NCBI GenBank assembly: GCA_021324855.1
Contig: JAJPIG010000006.1
Span: 32,344 to 96,343, forward strand
Direction of reading: 5' to 3'
DNA from: Pseudomonadota bacterium
Lineage (GTDB): Bacteria; Desulfobacterota; Binatia; Binatales; Binataceae
Length of the DNA stretch: 64,000 bases
Positions 1 through 8,918 of the stretch are shown here, piece after piece. Both the position numbers and the translations under genes were made by a program. The notes below the pieces were generated by a model. That model saw nothing but the letters and a program-made list of their open reading frames with translations, was not told the origin of the DNA and searched no databases. Each line of letters starts with the position of its first letter. The stretch's first letter is position 1.

Positions 1-1
1 G

Positions 2-379
2 TTTCGACTGCCGGCGTATATGACGGTCATCTTCAAGGATGCACAGCACGGATGGGCCGCGGGTCAGGGCGGCGTGATCGTTGGGACCGCCGACGGCGGT
101 GCGAGCTGGAAACCGGTTACATCATCGACGGACCTTGCGCTCTATGCGTCGCTGGTGCCCGGACCCTCAGGCGACACGCTGTGGGTCGCCGGCGATGAAG
201 GTGTATTGATTCGGATGTCGACGACAGGAGCAGTCACGCCGGTCGTTTCGAGGCCCACGTTTTCAAGTCTGACAGAGGTCGCGTTTGCGGGCGAAGTCGG
301 CGTCACGGTCGGAACCGACGGGACCTTGTTGCGCTCGGAGGACGGCGGCAAGACTTGGCACGCGGTGGAGAGCAAGTGA
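2..379 (+). CDS. BNR-repeat / Ycf48-like beta-propeller protein, C-terminal part (5' end outside window)
   Basis: ORF in frame from the window edge; repeated SxDGGxTW-like BNR motifs (GGASW, DGGKTWH); conserved partner of the downstream RND exporter. Confidence 0.65.
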   Translation, partial: FRLPAYMTVIFKDAQHGWAAGQGGVIVGTADGGASWKPVTSSTDLALYASLVPGPSGDTLWVAGDEGVLIRMSTTGAVTPVVSRPTFSSLTEVAFAGEVGVTVGTDGTLLRSEDGGKTWHAVESK

Positions 380-2775
380 TCGGCGAAAAGATTCTCAGGT
401 ATCGCGCGCCAATCGGCATCGTCCTGCTTGCGATTTCGGCCTACATGGCGTACGCGGCAGCGCATATCACTATAGCCACGCGGTTTGTTGATTTTTTTCC
501 GCGCACTCACCCGAACGTCCTCCTCTACCACAAGTACGAGCGCTACGGCGGCGCCCAGACCCTGACCTTCATGATCGAGGCCAGGCACGGCGATATCTTC
601 ACCTATCCGACACTCAAGAAGATCCAGGATCTGACGTTTGTGCTGGATAAGATGCCGGCGGTGAACCATCAGTCGATTCGCTCGCTCGCTTCATATCGCG
701 TTACCTATGCGGTCGCGCTGCCCGGCTTCCTCAAGTCCCAGCCCTACATGTATCCGAGCGTCCCCAAGACCCAGGCGGGAATCGACGATCTGAAACGCGA
801 AGTGTTCGTGCATCGTCGCGACCTGCGCAACCTGGTGAGTCCGGATACGCGCAGCGCGCTGGTGACGGCGTCCTTCTACGAAGGCGAACTCGATTATCGG
901 AAACTCTTTAATCGCGCGCAGGACTTGGTCAGGCAATACAGCGATGCCGACACGAACGTGTATGTGGTCGGCGAGCCTATCATCCGCGGTTACGGCTATT
1001 ACTATTTCCCTACTATCGTGACGATTTTCATCATCTCCGTCACGGTGATGATTTTCATTCTTTGGATATCGCTGCGCGAGCGCAGCACCTGGTGGACGCC
1101 GATCATCACGGGTTCGCTTTCGGCGCTGTGGGGCCTGGGTTTCGTCGGGATCATGGATTACACGTTCGACCCGGTGATGCTGGTCATCCCGTTCATTCTG
1201 ACCGCGCGCGACATGAGCCACGGAATCCAATGGCAGGGCCGCTACTACAACGAACTGGATCGCGTGGGGCATCGCAAATTCGAGGCGATCGCGGCGACTA
1301 CCAGCGACATGCTACCACCCGGGTTGCTTTCCATTCTGGCCGACATCGCAGGTATCATCTTCATTTCGTTCGGCGGCATTCCCGTACTTCAACACATCGC
1401 GCTAGCGGGCTCGGTGTGGCTTGCCGGCAGTCTCACGATGGTGTTCATCTTCCAGCCCATCCTGATGAGCTATCTGCCGACGCCGCAAATCAAGCGGCAT
1501 GGCGAAAGCCGCAACCCGATCATCCTTTGGCTCAAGCGGGTGATCGACAAGCTGGTGGCGTTTCCGACTACCCCAGGTGCTGCGCGTCCAATCGCAATCG
1601 GCCTGGTGTTTATCTTCATCCTGTGGGGAATCGGTTCCGGATTGCGGGCGAAGGTCGGCTATACGACGCCGGGCACGCCGCTTTACCGGCAAAGCGCCAA
1701 GGTCAATCAGGACATGCGCCACGTCGGCGAGGTATTTCCCCTCGACGAAGGCTGGGCGATCACCTCAGCGAAGGAGCCCAAGCTCATCCAGGGTCAATAT
1801 CCCTCGGTACTCGACCCTGACATCCTGCGGATGCAGCGCGATCTCAGCCAGTTTCTGATGCTCGATCGCAACGTAACCCAGGTGGTCTCAGTCGCTGACA
1901 ACCTGATGCTGCCGTTTAACCGAATGTTTCATTACTCAGAGCCCGAATATGCGTCCATCCCGGGCGGCATCCTCGACGCCGGCAGTCTCTTTTATTTGTT
2001 CTCTCAGAACACGGCGCCCGGCGAGTCAGAGCTCTGGGTCAATGACCAGTACGATGACAGCATCGTGCGCATCTACGTTACGGATCATACCTACGCGACG
2101 CTGAATAAGCTTACGGATCGGTTGAATGAGTTCCGGGATCGCCGTCAGGGATGGGATCCGGGAATGAAACAGGTCGATTTCAAGTTTCTGGGCGGGATCG
2201 CCGGGCTCTACGCCGCCGCCAATGACGTGCTCTACCAGCTCGACTTCATCAACATCACCTTCGTGCTTGGTGTCGTGCTGCTGTTCTGCTGCGTGACTTA
2301 CCGATCGCTCGTAGCGGGTCTGTTGTTCGTGATTTCATGCGTGGCGGCCAACTTCGGCGCGTTTATCTATATGCGTTTGGTGAACATCGGCATCACGATC
2401 GACACCATCCCGGTCATCTCACTGGGCATCGGACTCGGCGTCGACTACGGCATCTACACCGTCTCACGTATCCTCGACGAATGCCGCGCGGGCGAGCCGT
2501 TGGATCGCGCTGTAACGACGGCCCTATACGGGACGGGGGCGGCGGTCTTCATGACCTTCGCGACCATCGTCGGCGGCATGATTCCATGGGTCTTTTCGCC
2601 GCTTCTGTTTCATAACGAGATGAGCGTGCTGCTGATAATCCTGATGTTCACCAACATGATCGTGGGCGTGCTAATCCTTCCGGCATTCATCGCCTGGGTG
2701 CAGCCGAGGTTCATCTTCGGCGGCCGACAGCCCACGCCACGGCACGAGGAACCATTGAGAGAGGCGGCAACCTAG
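376..2775 (+). CDS. RND superfamily exporter (MMPL/HpnN-like)
   Basis: ~800 aa with two hydrophobic TM blocks and large loops; GTG at 376 overlaps the upstream stop (GTGA) and follows a GGAGAG RBS; the alternative ATG at 355 is equally in frame. Confidence 0.8.
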   Translation: MIGEKILRYRAPIGIVLLAISAYMAYAAAHITIATRFVDFFPRTHPNVLLYHKYERYGGAQTLTFMIEARHGDIFTYPTLKKIQDLTFVLDKMPAVNHQSIRSLASYRVTYAVALPGFLKSQPYMYPSVPKTQAGIDDLKREVFVHRRDLRNLVSPDTRSALVTASFYEGELDYRKLFNRAQDLVRQYSDADTNVYVVGEPIIRGYGYYYFPTIVTIFIISVTVMIFILWISLRERSTWWTPIITGSLSALWGLGFVGIMDYTFDPVMLVIPFILTARDMSHGIQWQGRYYNELDRVGHRKFEAIAATTSDMLPPGLLSILADIAGIIFISFGGIPVLQHIALAGSVWLAGSLTMVFIFQPILMSYLPTPQIKRHGESRNPIILWLKRVIDKLVAFPTTPGAARPIAIGLVFIFILWGIGSGLRAKVGYTTPGTPLYRQSAKVNQDMRHVGEVFPLDEGWAITSAKEPKLIQGQYPSVLDPDILRMQRDLSQFLMLDRNVTQVVSVADNLMLPFNRMFHYSEPEYASIPGGILDAGSLFYLFSQNTAPGESELWVNDQYDDSIVRIYVTDHTYATLNKLTDRLNEFRDRRQGWDPGMKQVDFKFLGGIAGLYAAANDVLYQLDFINITFVLGVVLLFCCVTYRSLVAGLLFVISCVAANFGAFIYMRLVNIGITIDTIPVISLGIGLGVDYGIYTVSRILDECRAGEPLDRAVTTALYGTGAAVFMTFATIVGGMIPWVFSPLLFHNEMSVLLIILMFTNMIVGVLILPAFIAWVQPRFIFGGRQPTPRHEEPLREAAT

Positions 2776-2860
2776 ACGCAACGCGGGTATACGCGATCGG
2801 TCGATGCGGCGGCCGGGCGATAAGCTGACCGATGTCAATCGGTACAGGGAGGAGAGAGCT

Positions 2861-4612
2861 ATGAAGCAGGGGGAGGCGAGATGCAGGTCCTTAAAGGCAA
2901 TCCTGCTGACCGCGCTACTGGTTATGACGCTGGCCGGGGCGGCCTCAGCGCAGCAGAACCAGGGCTCGTTCTTTAGCGATACCTATAACTACATGTTTTT
3001 CGGCGGCCAGACGCCGCTGATTCCCCCCGAGCAGGTGCCGGGCTGGCTGAGTGGTCTTTCGGTAACCGGCTTTCTCAACAATACGACCGGCATGTGGGCC
3101 AACTCGGCCAATCTACAGGGCCTGCAGAACCTTGATCATTCGATCGGGATTCCCGTCAGCAGCAGCAAGAACTCGCTGGCCGTCGAGCGCAACTGGATGC
3201 AGGTCGACTTCAACGAGAAGCTTGACTCCGACAACCAGTTCTTCATCCGCTGGTGGGGAGTGTACGAGCCGCCATATGACTACGAGGCTCATGCCGGATT
3301 CGGTGATCTATACAACCAGTACACGGTGCGGGATGCGTGGTGGAAGCACAAGTGGGGTCCGCTGTCGCTGTTCCTGGGTCGCCAAATAGTGACGTGGGGC
3401 GAGTCGATCGCCTTTCGCGTCGGCGATGTCATTAATTCGCAAGACTTTGAATGGAACTTCGGCTTCGCCAACCTCGAACAATCCCGTTTGCCGATGTGGA
3501 TGATCCATCCGATCGTGCAGTTACCGTCGTGGGGACCGTTCGGCAGCAACTTCTTCGAAGGGATTATTATCCCGTCTTGGCAGCCCATCTACACCAACTC
3601 GCCGCTCGATTTCGGGCAGGTCGACCTTTTCGCCGGTCAGCGGAATCGCGGTGGCGATGTCAGCCTGATCGCGCCGCCGACCGGCGGCCGCTTTTCGACC
3701 TATTTCGGTCCGACCGTGGGTCCCGGGCTCGGACCTGCAGTCTGTCCGATCAGCGCGCGAGGCTGCGCCCCGGATTGGCCGCAGCTAACCAACCCCGGTC
3801 CGACCACGTTCGCGAGCCTCGATAACTATGCGCTGCCCGACAACAACTTGGGTGGATGGGAAGAGGGCTTCCGACTCCATACGGTGGTCTACAACACTGA
3901 GATGACAGGGATTTTCTTCCACGGCCATCAGTACGTACCGTACTGGTTCCTACGCGGCAGCCCGGTCCCCGGCAATCCTAATTTCCAGACCTTCCAGGTT
4001 CGCTATCCGCAGCTCAACGACGTAGGAGCGACCCTGAACCGGCCGATTTATCTGCCCGGACCGACGCTTGGCAACATACCGTTCGTTCTAAGGACCGAGG
4101 GGATGTGGCAGGATCGTACGCCATTCCAGGATCGCAACCCGCTCAATCCCAGCGCCATCAAGTATTCGAGCACGATCAACACGCTCGTTGCGCTGGACGT
4201 GGATTCCTACACGGCAATGTGGCTCTCACGCACGGGCGCGGCGACGATGAACCTAGAATGGCAGAACTACACCATCCTGTCGCCGTCGAAGACCATCTCG
4301 TACGTATTCACCCCAGAGCAGCAGCGACATAACGAGGAGAACGTGCTTCTTAACCTGACCGATTCGTGGTACTGGGGCGATATCGTCCCCGACCTGGTCG
4401 GCATCTATAACCCGGATGGCAATACGTTCCTGCTCTTTCCCAACCTCTTTCTTACTCCACCTTGGTCGAGCAAATACTCGGTGTTGTTGGAATACATCGG
4501 GATTCTCTCCAACGATGTGCTTTCCTCGTATGCCGGCGGTGGATTCAAGGGCAAGAGCATCTTCCTGGCTCAGTTCCAGTACAACTTCTCGGTACTGCAA
4601 TCCGAGAAGTAA
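2861..4612 (+). CDS. secreted/outer-membrane protein, DUF1302-like (tentative family)
   Basis: ATG preceded by AGGGAGGAGAGAG RBS; N-terminal Sec signal (LLVMTLAGAASAQQ); ~580 aa; sits with BNR and RND genes as in DUF1302/DUF1329/BNR/RND clusters. Confidence 0.55.
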   Translation: MKQGEARCRSLKAILLTALLVMTLAGAASAQQNQGSFFSDTYNYMFFGGQTPLIPPEQVPGWLSGLSVTGFLNNTTGMWANSANLQGLQNLDHSIGIPVSSSKNSLAVERNWMQVDFNEKLDSDNQFFIRWWGVYEPPYDYEAHAGFGDLYNQYTVRDAWWKHKWGPLSLFLGRQIVTWGESIAFRVGDVINSQDFEWNFGFANLEQSRLPMWMIHPIVQLPSWGPFGSNFFEGIIIPSWQPIYTNSPLDFGQVDLFAGQRNRGGDVSLIAPPTGGRFSTYFGPTVGPGLGPAVCPISARGCAPDWPQLTNPGPTTFASLDNYALPDNNLGGWEEGFRLHTVVYNTEMTGIFFHGHQYVPYWFLRGSPVPGNPNFQTFQVRYPQLNDVGATLNRPIYLPGPTLGNIPFVLRTEGMWQDRTPFQDRNPLNPSAIKYSSTINTLVALDVDSYTAMWLSRTGAATMNLEWQNYTILSPSKTISYVFTPEQQRHNEENVLLNLTDSWYWGDIVPDLVGIYNPDGNTFLLFPNLFLTPPWSSKYSVLLEYIGILSNDVLSSYAGGGFKGKSIFLAQFQYNFSVLQSEK

Positions 4613-4663
4613 GGCCGTTGCGGAGCCGGGCTTTAGCTAATTGTCAACTAGAGCAGGGGAGCC

Positions 4664-5875
4664 ATGAATAGACCCAAACAAAGCTCGATTGCGGACCAAA
4701 GACCGGGAATCAGTTTCGCTGGGGTAGTGACAATCGTTGCTACAGCCATGTTCATCGGCTCCGCAGCGCTCGCGCAGATACCTCCTGAAAAGAGCACTGT
4801 GCGAGTGCTCCCGGTACCAGGCCCACATTGGGTTTATCTGCTCGATCCGCTCACCAATTTCATGGAGGCTCGCGTTTCAATCATCAATGGCGATACGCTC
4901 GGCTTCGAAGGGATGCTGAGCGGCGGATACGTTAGCGTGCTGGCCTTTGCGCCAGACTATAAGTCCGTCTACATGGCCGACACCTACTACAGCCGGGGTA
5001 CGCGGGGCGAGCGTACGGATGTAGTCTCGGCTTTCGACACCACCACGCTCAAACCAACCGGCGAGGTGATCCTGCCGCCAAAGAGGCTATTGTCAAATCC
5101 GAAGCAGTATTCGGTGGGCGTGACCTCTGACGGCCGCTTCATGCTGGTGTCGAATCTGACTCCGGCCACATCGACGTCGGTGGTCGATTTAAGCGCGAAG
5201 AAGGTGCTGGGCGAGATCGACACGCCCGGATGCACTCAGGTGCTGCTGTCGGGCAATCGCAAGTTCACAGCGATGTGCGCGGATGGCTCGCTGCTGACCG
5301 TTACGTTCGGTGATGACGGCAAGGCAACGGCGAAAAATCGCGCCAAGCCGTTCTTCAACGTCGACAAGGACCCGGTCTTCGATCAGCCCGTGATGATCGG
5401 CGCGACCGTCTACTTCGTTTCGTACTACGGGATGGTCTATCCGGTCGATCTGAGCGGCGAGACCGCCAAGCCTGGCGATCCGTGGTCGATGCTGAGCGAT
5501 GAAGACAAGAAGGATGCTTGGCTGCCCGGTGGATGGGAGCTCGAAGGTGTCAATCCCGGACAGGGGCTGCTCTACGTGCTGATGCATCAGGGCAAGGACT
5601 GGTCGCACGAGCAGGCCGGCACCGAGATTTGGGCCTACGACCTGAGTAAGAAATCGCGAGTTGCCCGAATCGTGCTGCCGCAGGTGGCCGACTCAATCTA
5701 CGTGACCCAGGACGACAAACCGCTTTTGTTCGCGGCCTCGCACGATAGCGGCACGCTCCAGGTTTTCGACGCGACTACCCGTACCTATCGTGGCATAATG
5801 AACAATCTCGGCTCGCCCTGGATCATCTACGGGGTCTCGGAGAAGGGGCAGCAGGCCGCTGCGGCCAGCCACTAG
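4664..5875 (+). CDS. mauB: methylamine/aromatic-amine dehydrogenase heavy (alpha) subunit, 7-bladed propeller
   Basis: Signal peptide; motif YSRGTRGERTDVVSAFDTTTLKPTGEVILPP matches the conserved MADH heavy-chain segment ([23 protein letters not shown]); ~400 aa. Confidence 0.8.
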   Translation: MNRPKQSSIADQRPGISFAGVVTIVATAMFIGSAALAQIPPEKSTVRVLPVPGPHWVYLLDPLTNFMEARVSIINGDTLGFEGMLSGGYVSVLAFAPDYKSVYMADTYYSRGTRGERTDVVSAFDTTTLKPTGEVILPPKRLLSNPKQYSVGVTSDGRFMLVSNLTPATSTSVVDLSAKKVLGEIDTPGCTQVLLSGNRKFTAMCADGSLLTVTFGDDGKATAKNRAKPFFNVDKDPVFDQPVMIGATVYFVSYYGMVYPVDLSGETAKPGDPWSMLSDEDKKDAWLPGGWELEGVNPGQGLLYVLMHQGKDWSHEQAGTEIWAYDLSKKSRVARIVLPQVADSIYVTQDDKPLLFAASHDSGTLQVFDATTRTYRGIMNNLGSPWIIYGVSEKGQQAAAASH

Positions 5876-5915
5876 CCGCTCGCGCTTCGAGCGTCGCGCG
5901 ATGGCAAAGTGAAGC

Positions 5916-6458
5916 ATGATCGATCCGGCAGTTTCATGGATCGCCGCCATTGCCGCGAGCCTTATCTTCGCGGCCTCAGCGATCATGAAGCTCAGGGATC
6001 TTGAACTGTTCGAGAGCGCCGTGATCAACTATCGCATCCTGCCGCGATTTCTCGCCAAGCTGTTCGCGCGCCTGATCCCAATCGTGGAACTGGGCGGTGC
6101 GCTCGCGCTGGTGTGGCCGGCGGCGCGGGCGGCGGGCGCGGCGATAATCCTCTTCCTACTCGTCATCTTTACGCTTGGTATTGCGATCAACCTGATGCGC
6201 GGACGCTATGACGTTGACTGCGGATGCTTCGGGCCGGCGCTCCGGCAAACCCTGAGCTGGTGGCTGGTCTTACGCAACGCCGCCCTCGCCGCCCTTGCCG
6301 CGATCCTACTGCTGAGGCCAAACGGCCGCACGCTCACGATGCTCGATAACTTCACGATCGTCTGCGGCGTGATCACTATTCTCCTGATCTACGCGAGCAT
6401 CAATTACGTCTTCGCAAACCTCCCGCGGCTGCGTGAGATCGGAGCCCGCTATGCTTGA
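5916..6458 (+). CDS. mauE: methylamine utilisation protein MauE (DoxX-like membrane protein)
   Basis: 180 aa, four hydrophobic helices, CGCFG motif; located between mauB and mauD as in canonical mau operons. Confidence 0.75.
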   Translation: MIDPAVSWIAAIAASLIFAASAIMKLRDLELFESAVINYRILPRFLAKLFARLIPIVELGGALALVWPAARAAGAAIILFLLVIFTLGIAINLMRGRYDVDCGCFGPALRQTLSWWLVLRNAALAALAAILLLRPNGRTLTMLDNFTIVCGVITILLIYASINYVFANLPRLREIGARYA

Positions 6459-7101
6459 AGCGCTGCTGATCTCGCAGATCGTGCTGTGGGTGCTGGTCGT
6501 GGCGCTGGCGGTGACGGTGCTCGCGCTGCTTCGTCAGATCGGCGTGCTCCACGAGCGCATCACGCCGATGGGCGCGCTAACGCTCGATCGCGGCCCCAAG
6601 GAGGGCGAGCCCGCGCCGGTTTTCGATCTTCCCGATCTGCTTGGCCGCGGTACGGTGCGCGTCGGCGGTCCGCGCGACGGTGGCCGCTCGCTGCTCGTGA
6701 TGTTCGTCGCGCCGACCTGCCCGGTGTGCAAGAAACTCCTGCCAATCATCCGCTCGGTTGCGCGCAGTGAGTCGGACTGGCTCGAGACGGTGCTGGCAAG
6801 CGACGGCGACCTCGAGGAGCAGCGCCGGTTCGTCAAATCCTACAAGCTCGATGACTTCCCTTACGTGCTCTCGGCAGAGCTCGGGATGACTTATCGCATC
6901 GGCAAACTGCCGTACGGTCTTCTGATCGACGGTGCCGGCGTGATTCGCGCCAAAGGACTGATCAACACGCGCGAGCATCTGGAAAGCCTGATGCAGGCGA
7001 AGCAGATGGGCGTCGCGTCGATCCAGGAATACCTAAAGCTCGGCCGGACGGGAGCCAATGGCGGGACCGCTGCCGCAGCCGCCGAGAAACCGACTAAATG
7101 A
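6451..7101 (+). CDS. mauD: methylamine utilisation protein MauD (TlpA-like thioredoxin-fold)
   Basis: N-terminal TM anchor, CPVC thioredoxin motif; ATG at 6451 overlaps the mauE stop; the alternative GTG at 6433 is in frame. Confidence 0.75.
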   Translation: MLEALLISQIVLWVLVVALAVTVLALLRQIGVLHERITPMGALTLDRGPKEGEPAPVFDLPDLLGRGTVRVGGPRDGGRSLLVMFVAPTCPVCKKLLPIIRSVARSESDWLETVLASDGDLEEQRRFVKSYKLDDFPYVLSAELGMTYRIGKLPYGLLIDGAGVIRAKGLINTREHLESLMQAKQMGVASIQEYLKLGRTGANGGTAAAAAEKPTK

Positions 7102-7180
7102 ACGACCGGCAGCGCTTCCGGACATCGCGCGGTTTTCGGCGGTCCGGCGTGCGCCGCGCTTATCCTTGGGAGAAGCCGGA

Positions 7181-7681
7181 TTGAACTGGATTACCGGTAA
7201 GTGGAGTAGGTCATTGTTCACCGCCATCGCGATGTTCGCGTGTAGTGCAAACGTCCGTGCGGCCGGCGGTTCGGAAGTGTTTGCGTCGAATTGCATCGTA
7301 TGCCATCAGCCGGACGCGAAGGGAGTGCAGGGGATATATCCGCCGCTCGCCGAGACGGTCGGAAACTACGTCAAGCTCAAGCAGGGGCGCGCTTATCTGG
7401 CGCATGTCCCGTCATTTGGGCTCACCGGCGTAATTGTGACTAACGGCGAAAGCATCGACGGCAACATGCCGCCCCTGTCGCAACTGAGCGACGATGACAT
7501 CGCGGCGGTAATCAATTACATCCTGACCAAGTTTAATCAGCGGCTGCTGCCCGCCGATTTCAAGCCGCTCACCACCGATGAGGTGCATGGCTATCGCGCA
7601 AAGCCGATGACCGAGACCGAAGTCCACAACGAGCGGGCCGCGCTTTTCGAAGCGCTCAAAAAAGCCGGCGACCTCAAATAG
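7181..7681 (+). CDS. mono-haem cytochrome c (class I)
   Basis: Single CIVCH haem-binding motif; TTG start after GGGAGAAG RBS gives a clean signal peptide (MNWITGKWSRSLFTAIAMFACSANVRAAG); the ORF track's upstream start at 7058 is probably too long. Confidence 0.65.
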   Translation: MNWITGKWSRSLFTAIAMFACSANVRAAGGSEVFASNCIVCHQPDAKGVQGIYPPLAETVGNYVKLKQGRAYLAHVPSFGLTGVIVTNGESIDGNMPPLSQLSDDDIAAVINYILTKFNQRLLPADFKPLTTDEVHGYRAKPMTETEVHNERAALFEALKKAGDLK

Positions 7682-8173
7682 TCACTGCGGGGGAAGCTTG
7701 ATTCCCTGTGCGGCGAGCTTCGATACTAGTTCAGCCCGCACTGTCTGCACGTTGTTCAGCTCGCGTGGGCGATACTTTGCCACCTCGGCCTCAGTGTAAG
7801 GCTGAAATCCCGGCGGTATCTGGTTCTTGCTGAACGTCATCAGCATCCAGTTGAGTACTTCCGCGACCTCGGCGTTACTGAGCGCCGAACCCGCCACGCC
7901 GGGCACTTCGATCAGGTACTCACGGCCGCCCGGCACATGCAGGAAATCGCCCACCGTGTCTCTCAGGCGCGGAACGGTGCCCGGGATGCCCTCGCCGCCC
8001 GGCTTATGGCATCCCCAGCAGTTCATCACATAGAGCTGGATAGGAGCCGGATACTTCTGATGCGACGGCGGCGGAGGCTCGCCCGCAAGCGCTGGGATTG
8101 CGAGCAGTGCCAGCGCAGCGAGGATGAGACGAGCACCGCCGTCGTGGAGCCGATCCTTATCCGCACTCCGCAT
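7682..8173 (-). CDS. mono-haem cytochrome c, paralogue of the 7181-7681 gene
   Basis: Single CWGCH motif; signal peptide from internal ATG (MRSADKDRL...ALLAIPALAGE); clear colinear similarity to the other cytochrome; 35 nt downstream of mauA. Confidence 0.65.
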   Translation of the reverse strand: MRSADKDRLHDGGARLILAALALLAIPALAGEPPPPSHQKYPAPIQLYVMNCWGCHKPGGEGIPGTVPRLRDTVGDFLHVPGGREYLIEVPGVAGSALSNAEVAEVLNWMLMTFSKNQIPPGFQPYTEAEVAKYRPRELNNVQTVRAELVSKLAAQGIKLPPQ

Positions 8174-8208
8174 CGGCGTCGCGCCCAATCGCCGCGTGAT
8201 GCGTGAGG

Positions 8209-8736
8209 TTAGGCTTTTTCTCCCAGGATGACGGCGGTGGTGCAGTGGTAAGCCATCTCTTTCGAGCCAAAGCACCAAACCGTATCGTTGTTGAGCTGCG
8301 TGCGATAGATGGGCATCTCGCCCTGATTGTTGTCGCACATGCATCGATTGCACTGCGCCTTTCCGCAGCAATCGCGATACGCCACGATGTATTCTTTGGC
8401 CTCGCCCGGATGTTTGCAGGTGCCGACCCAAGCCGTCGGGGAAGCGACCGTGCCCGCGGGGCACTCAGTAATCGAGCCGCCGCAGCAGGTGCACAGGAAG
8501 CCGTCGAACGCGCAGTAACGCCAGTAATCGCAGGTCGTGTCATCGCCGCTTGCGCCGCCCGATGAATGGCCCTCCTGCATCGTCTGGGCGCCGGCCTTCG
8601 AGGTGACCCTATCGATCGGCAACAACGGGAGCACCGCGCCGCCCATCGCGATCTGTCCAAGCCGGACTAGGAAGCTCCGCCGCGAGGTCCGCTGTGCCAC
8701 GCTTCGTGTCAGCCGTTCGACTAGCCCGTCCATCAC
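8209..8736 (-). CDS. mauA: methylamine/aromatic-amine dehydrogenase light (beta) subunit, TTQ-bearing
   Basis: Tat-type leader (RRSFLVRLGQ); 12 Cys; CDYWRYC...AYRDCCG...WCFG...YHCT matches the MADH small subunit; both TTQ tryptophans conserved (TAWVGTC, TVWCFG). Confidence 0.85.
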   Translation of the reverse strand: MMDGLVERLTRSVAQRTSRRSFLVRLGQIAMGGAVLPLLPIDRVTSKAGAQTMQEGHSSGGASGDDTTCDYWRYCAFDGFLCTCCGGSITECPAGTVASPTAWVGTCKHPGEAKEYIVAYRDCCGKAQCNRCMCDNNQGEMPIYRTQLNNDTVWCFGSKEMAYHCTTAVILGEKA

Positions 8737-8918
8737 GGGGTCTCCTTTTCGAGAGGCTCAAACGAGCCGAGAGTTTCAGGACACGCCTAGATAAGATCAG
8801 CGGGGCGCCAATGTCAATCCGACCATAAGGTCGATTTTCGGCCTCGTCGATTTCATGCTTCGGCACAAACGTGATACGAAGGAGCGCGACGTGCGATCGA
8901 TGTTCGCAGGAGGCTCGC

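Noticed and set aside
142-1820. Long ORFs (142..669 -, 691..1272 -, 1062..1820 +) overlapping the BNR and RND genes
   Set aside because: Typical high-GC antisense/alternate-frame ORFs with Arg/Ala/Pro-rich low-complexity translations and no recognisable domains; the overlapping frames carry strong homology instead.
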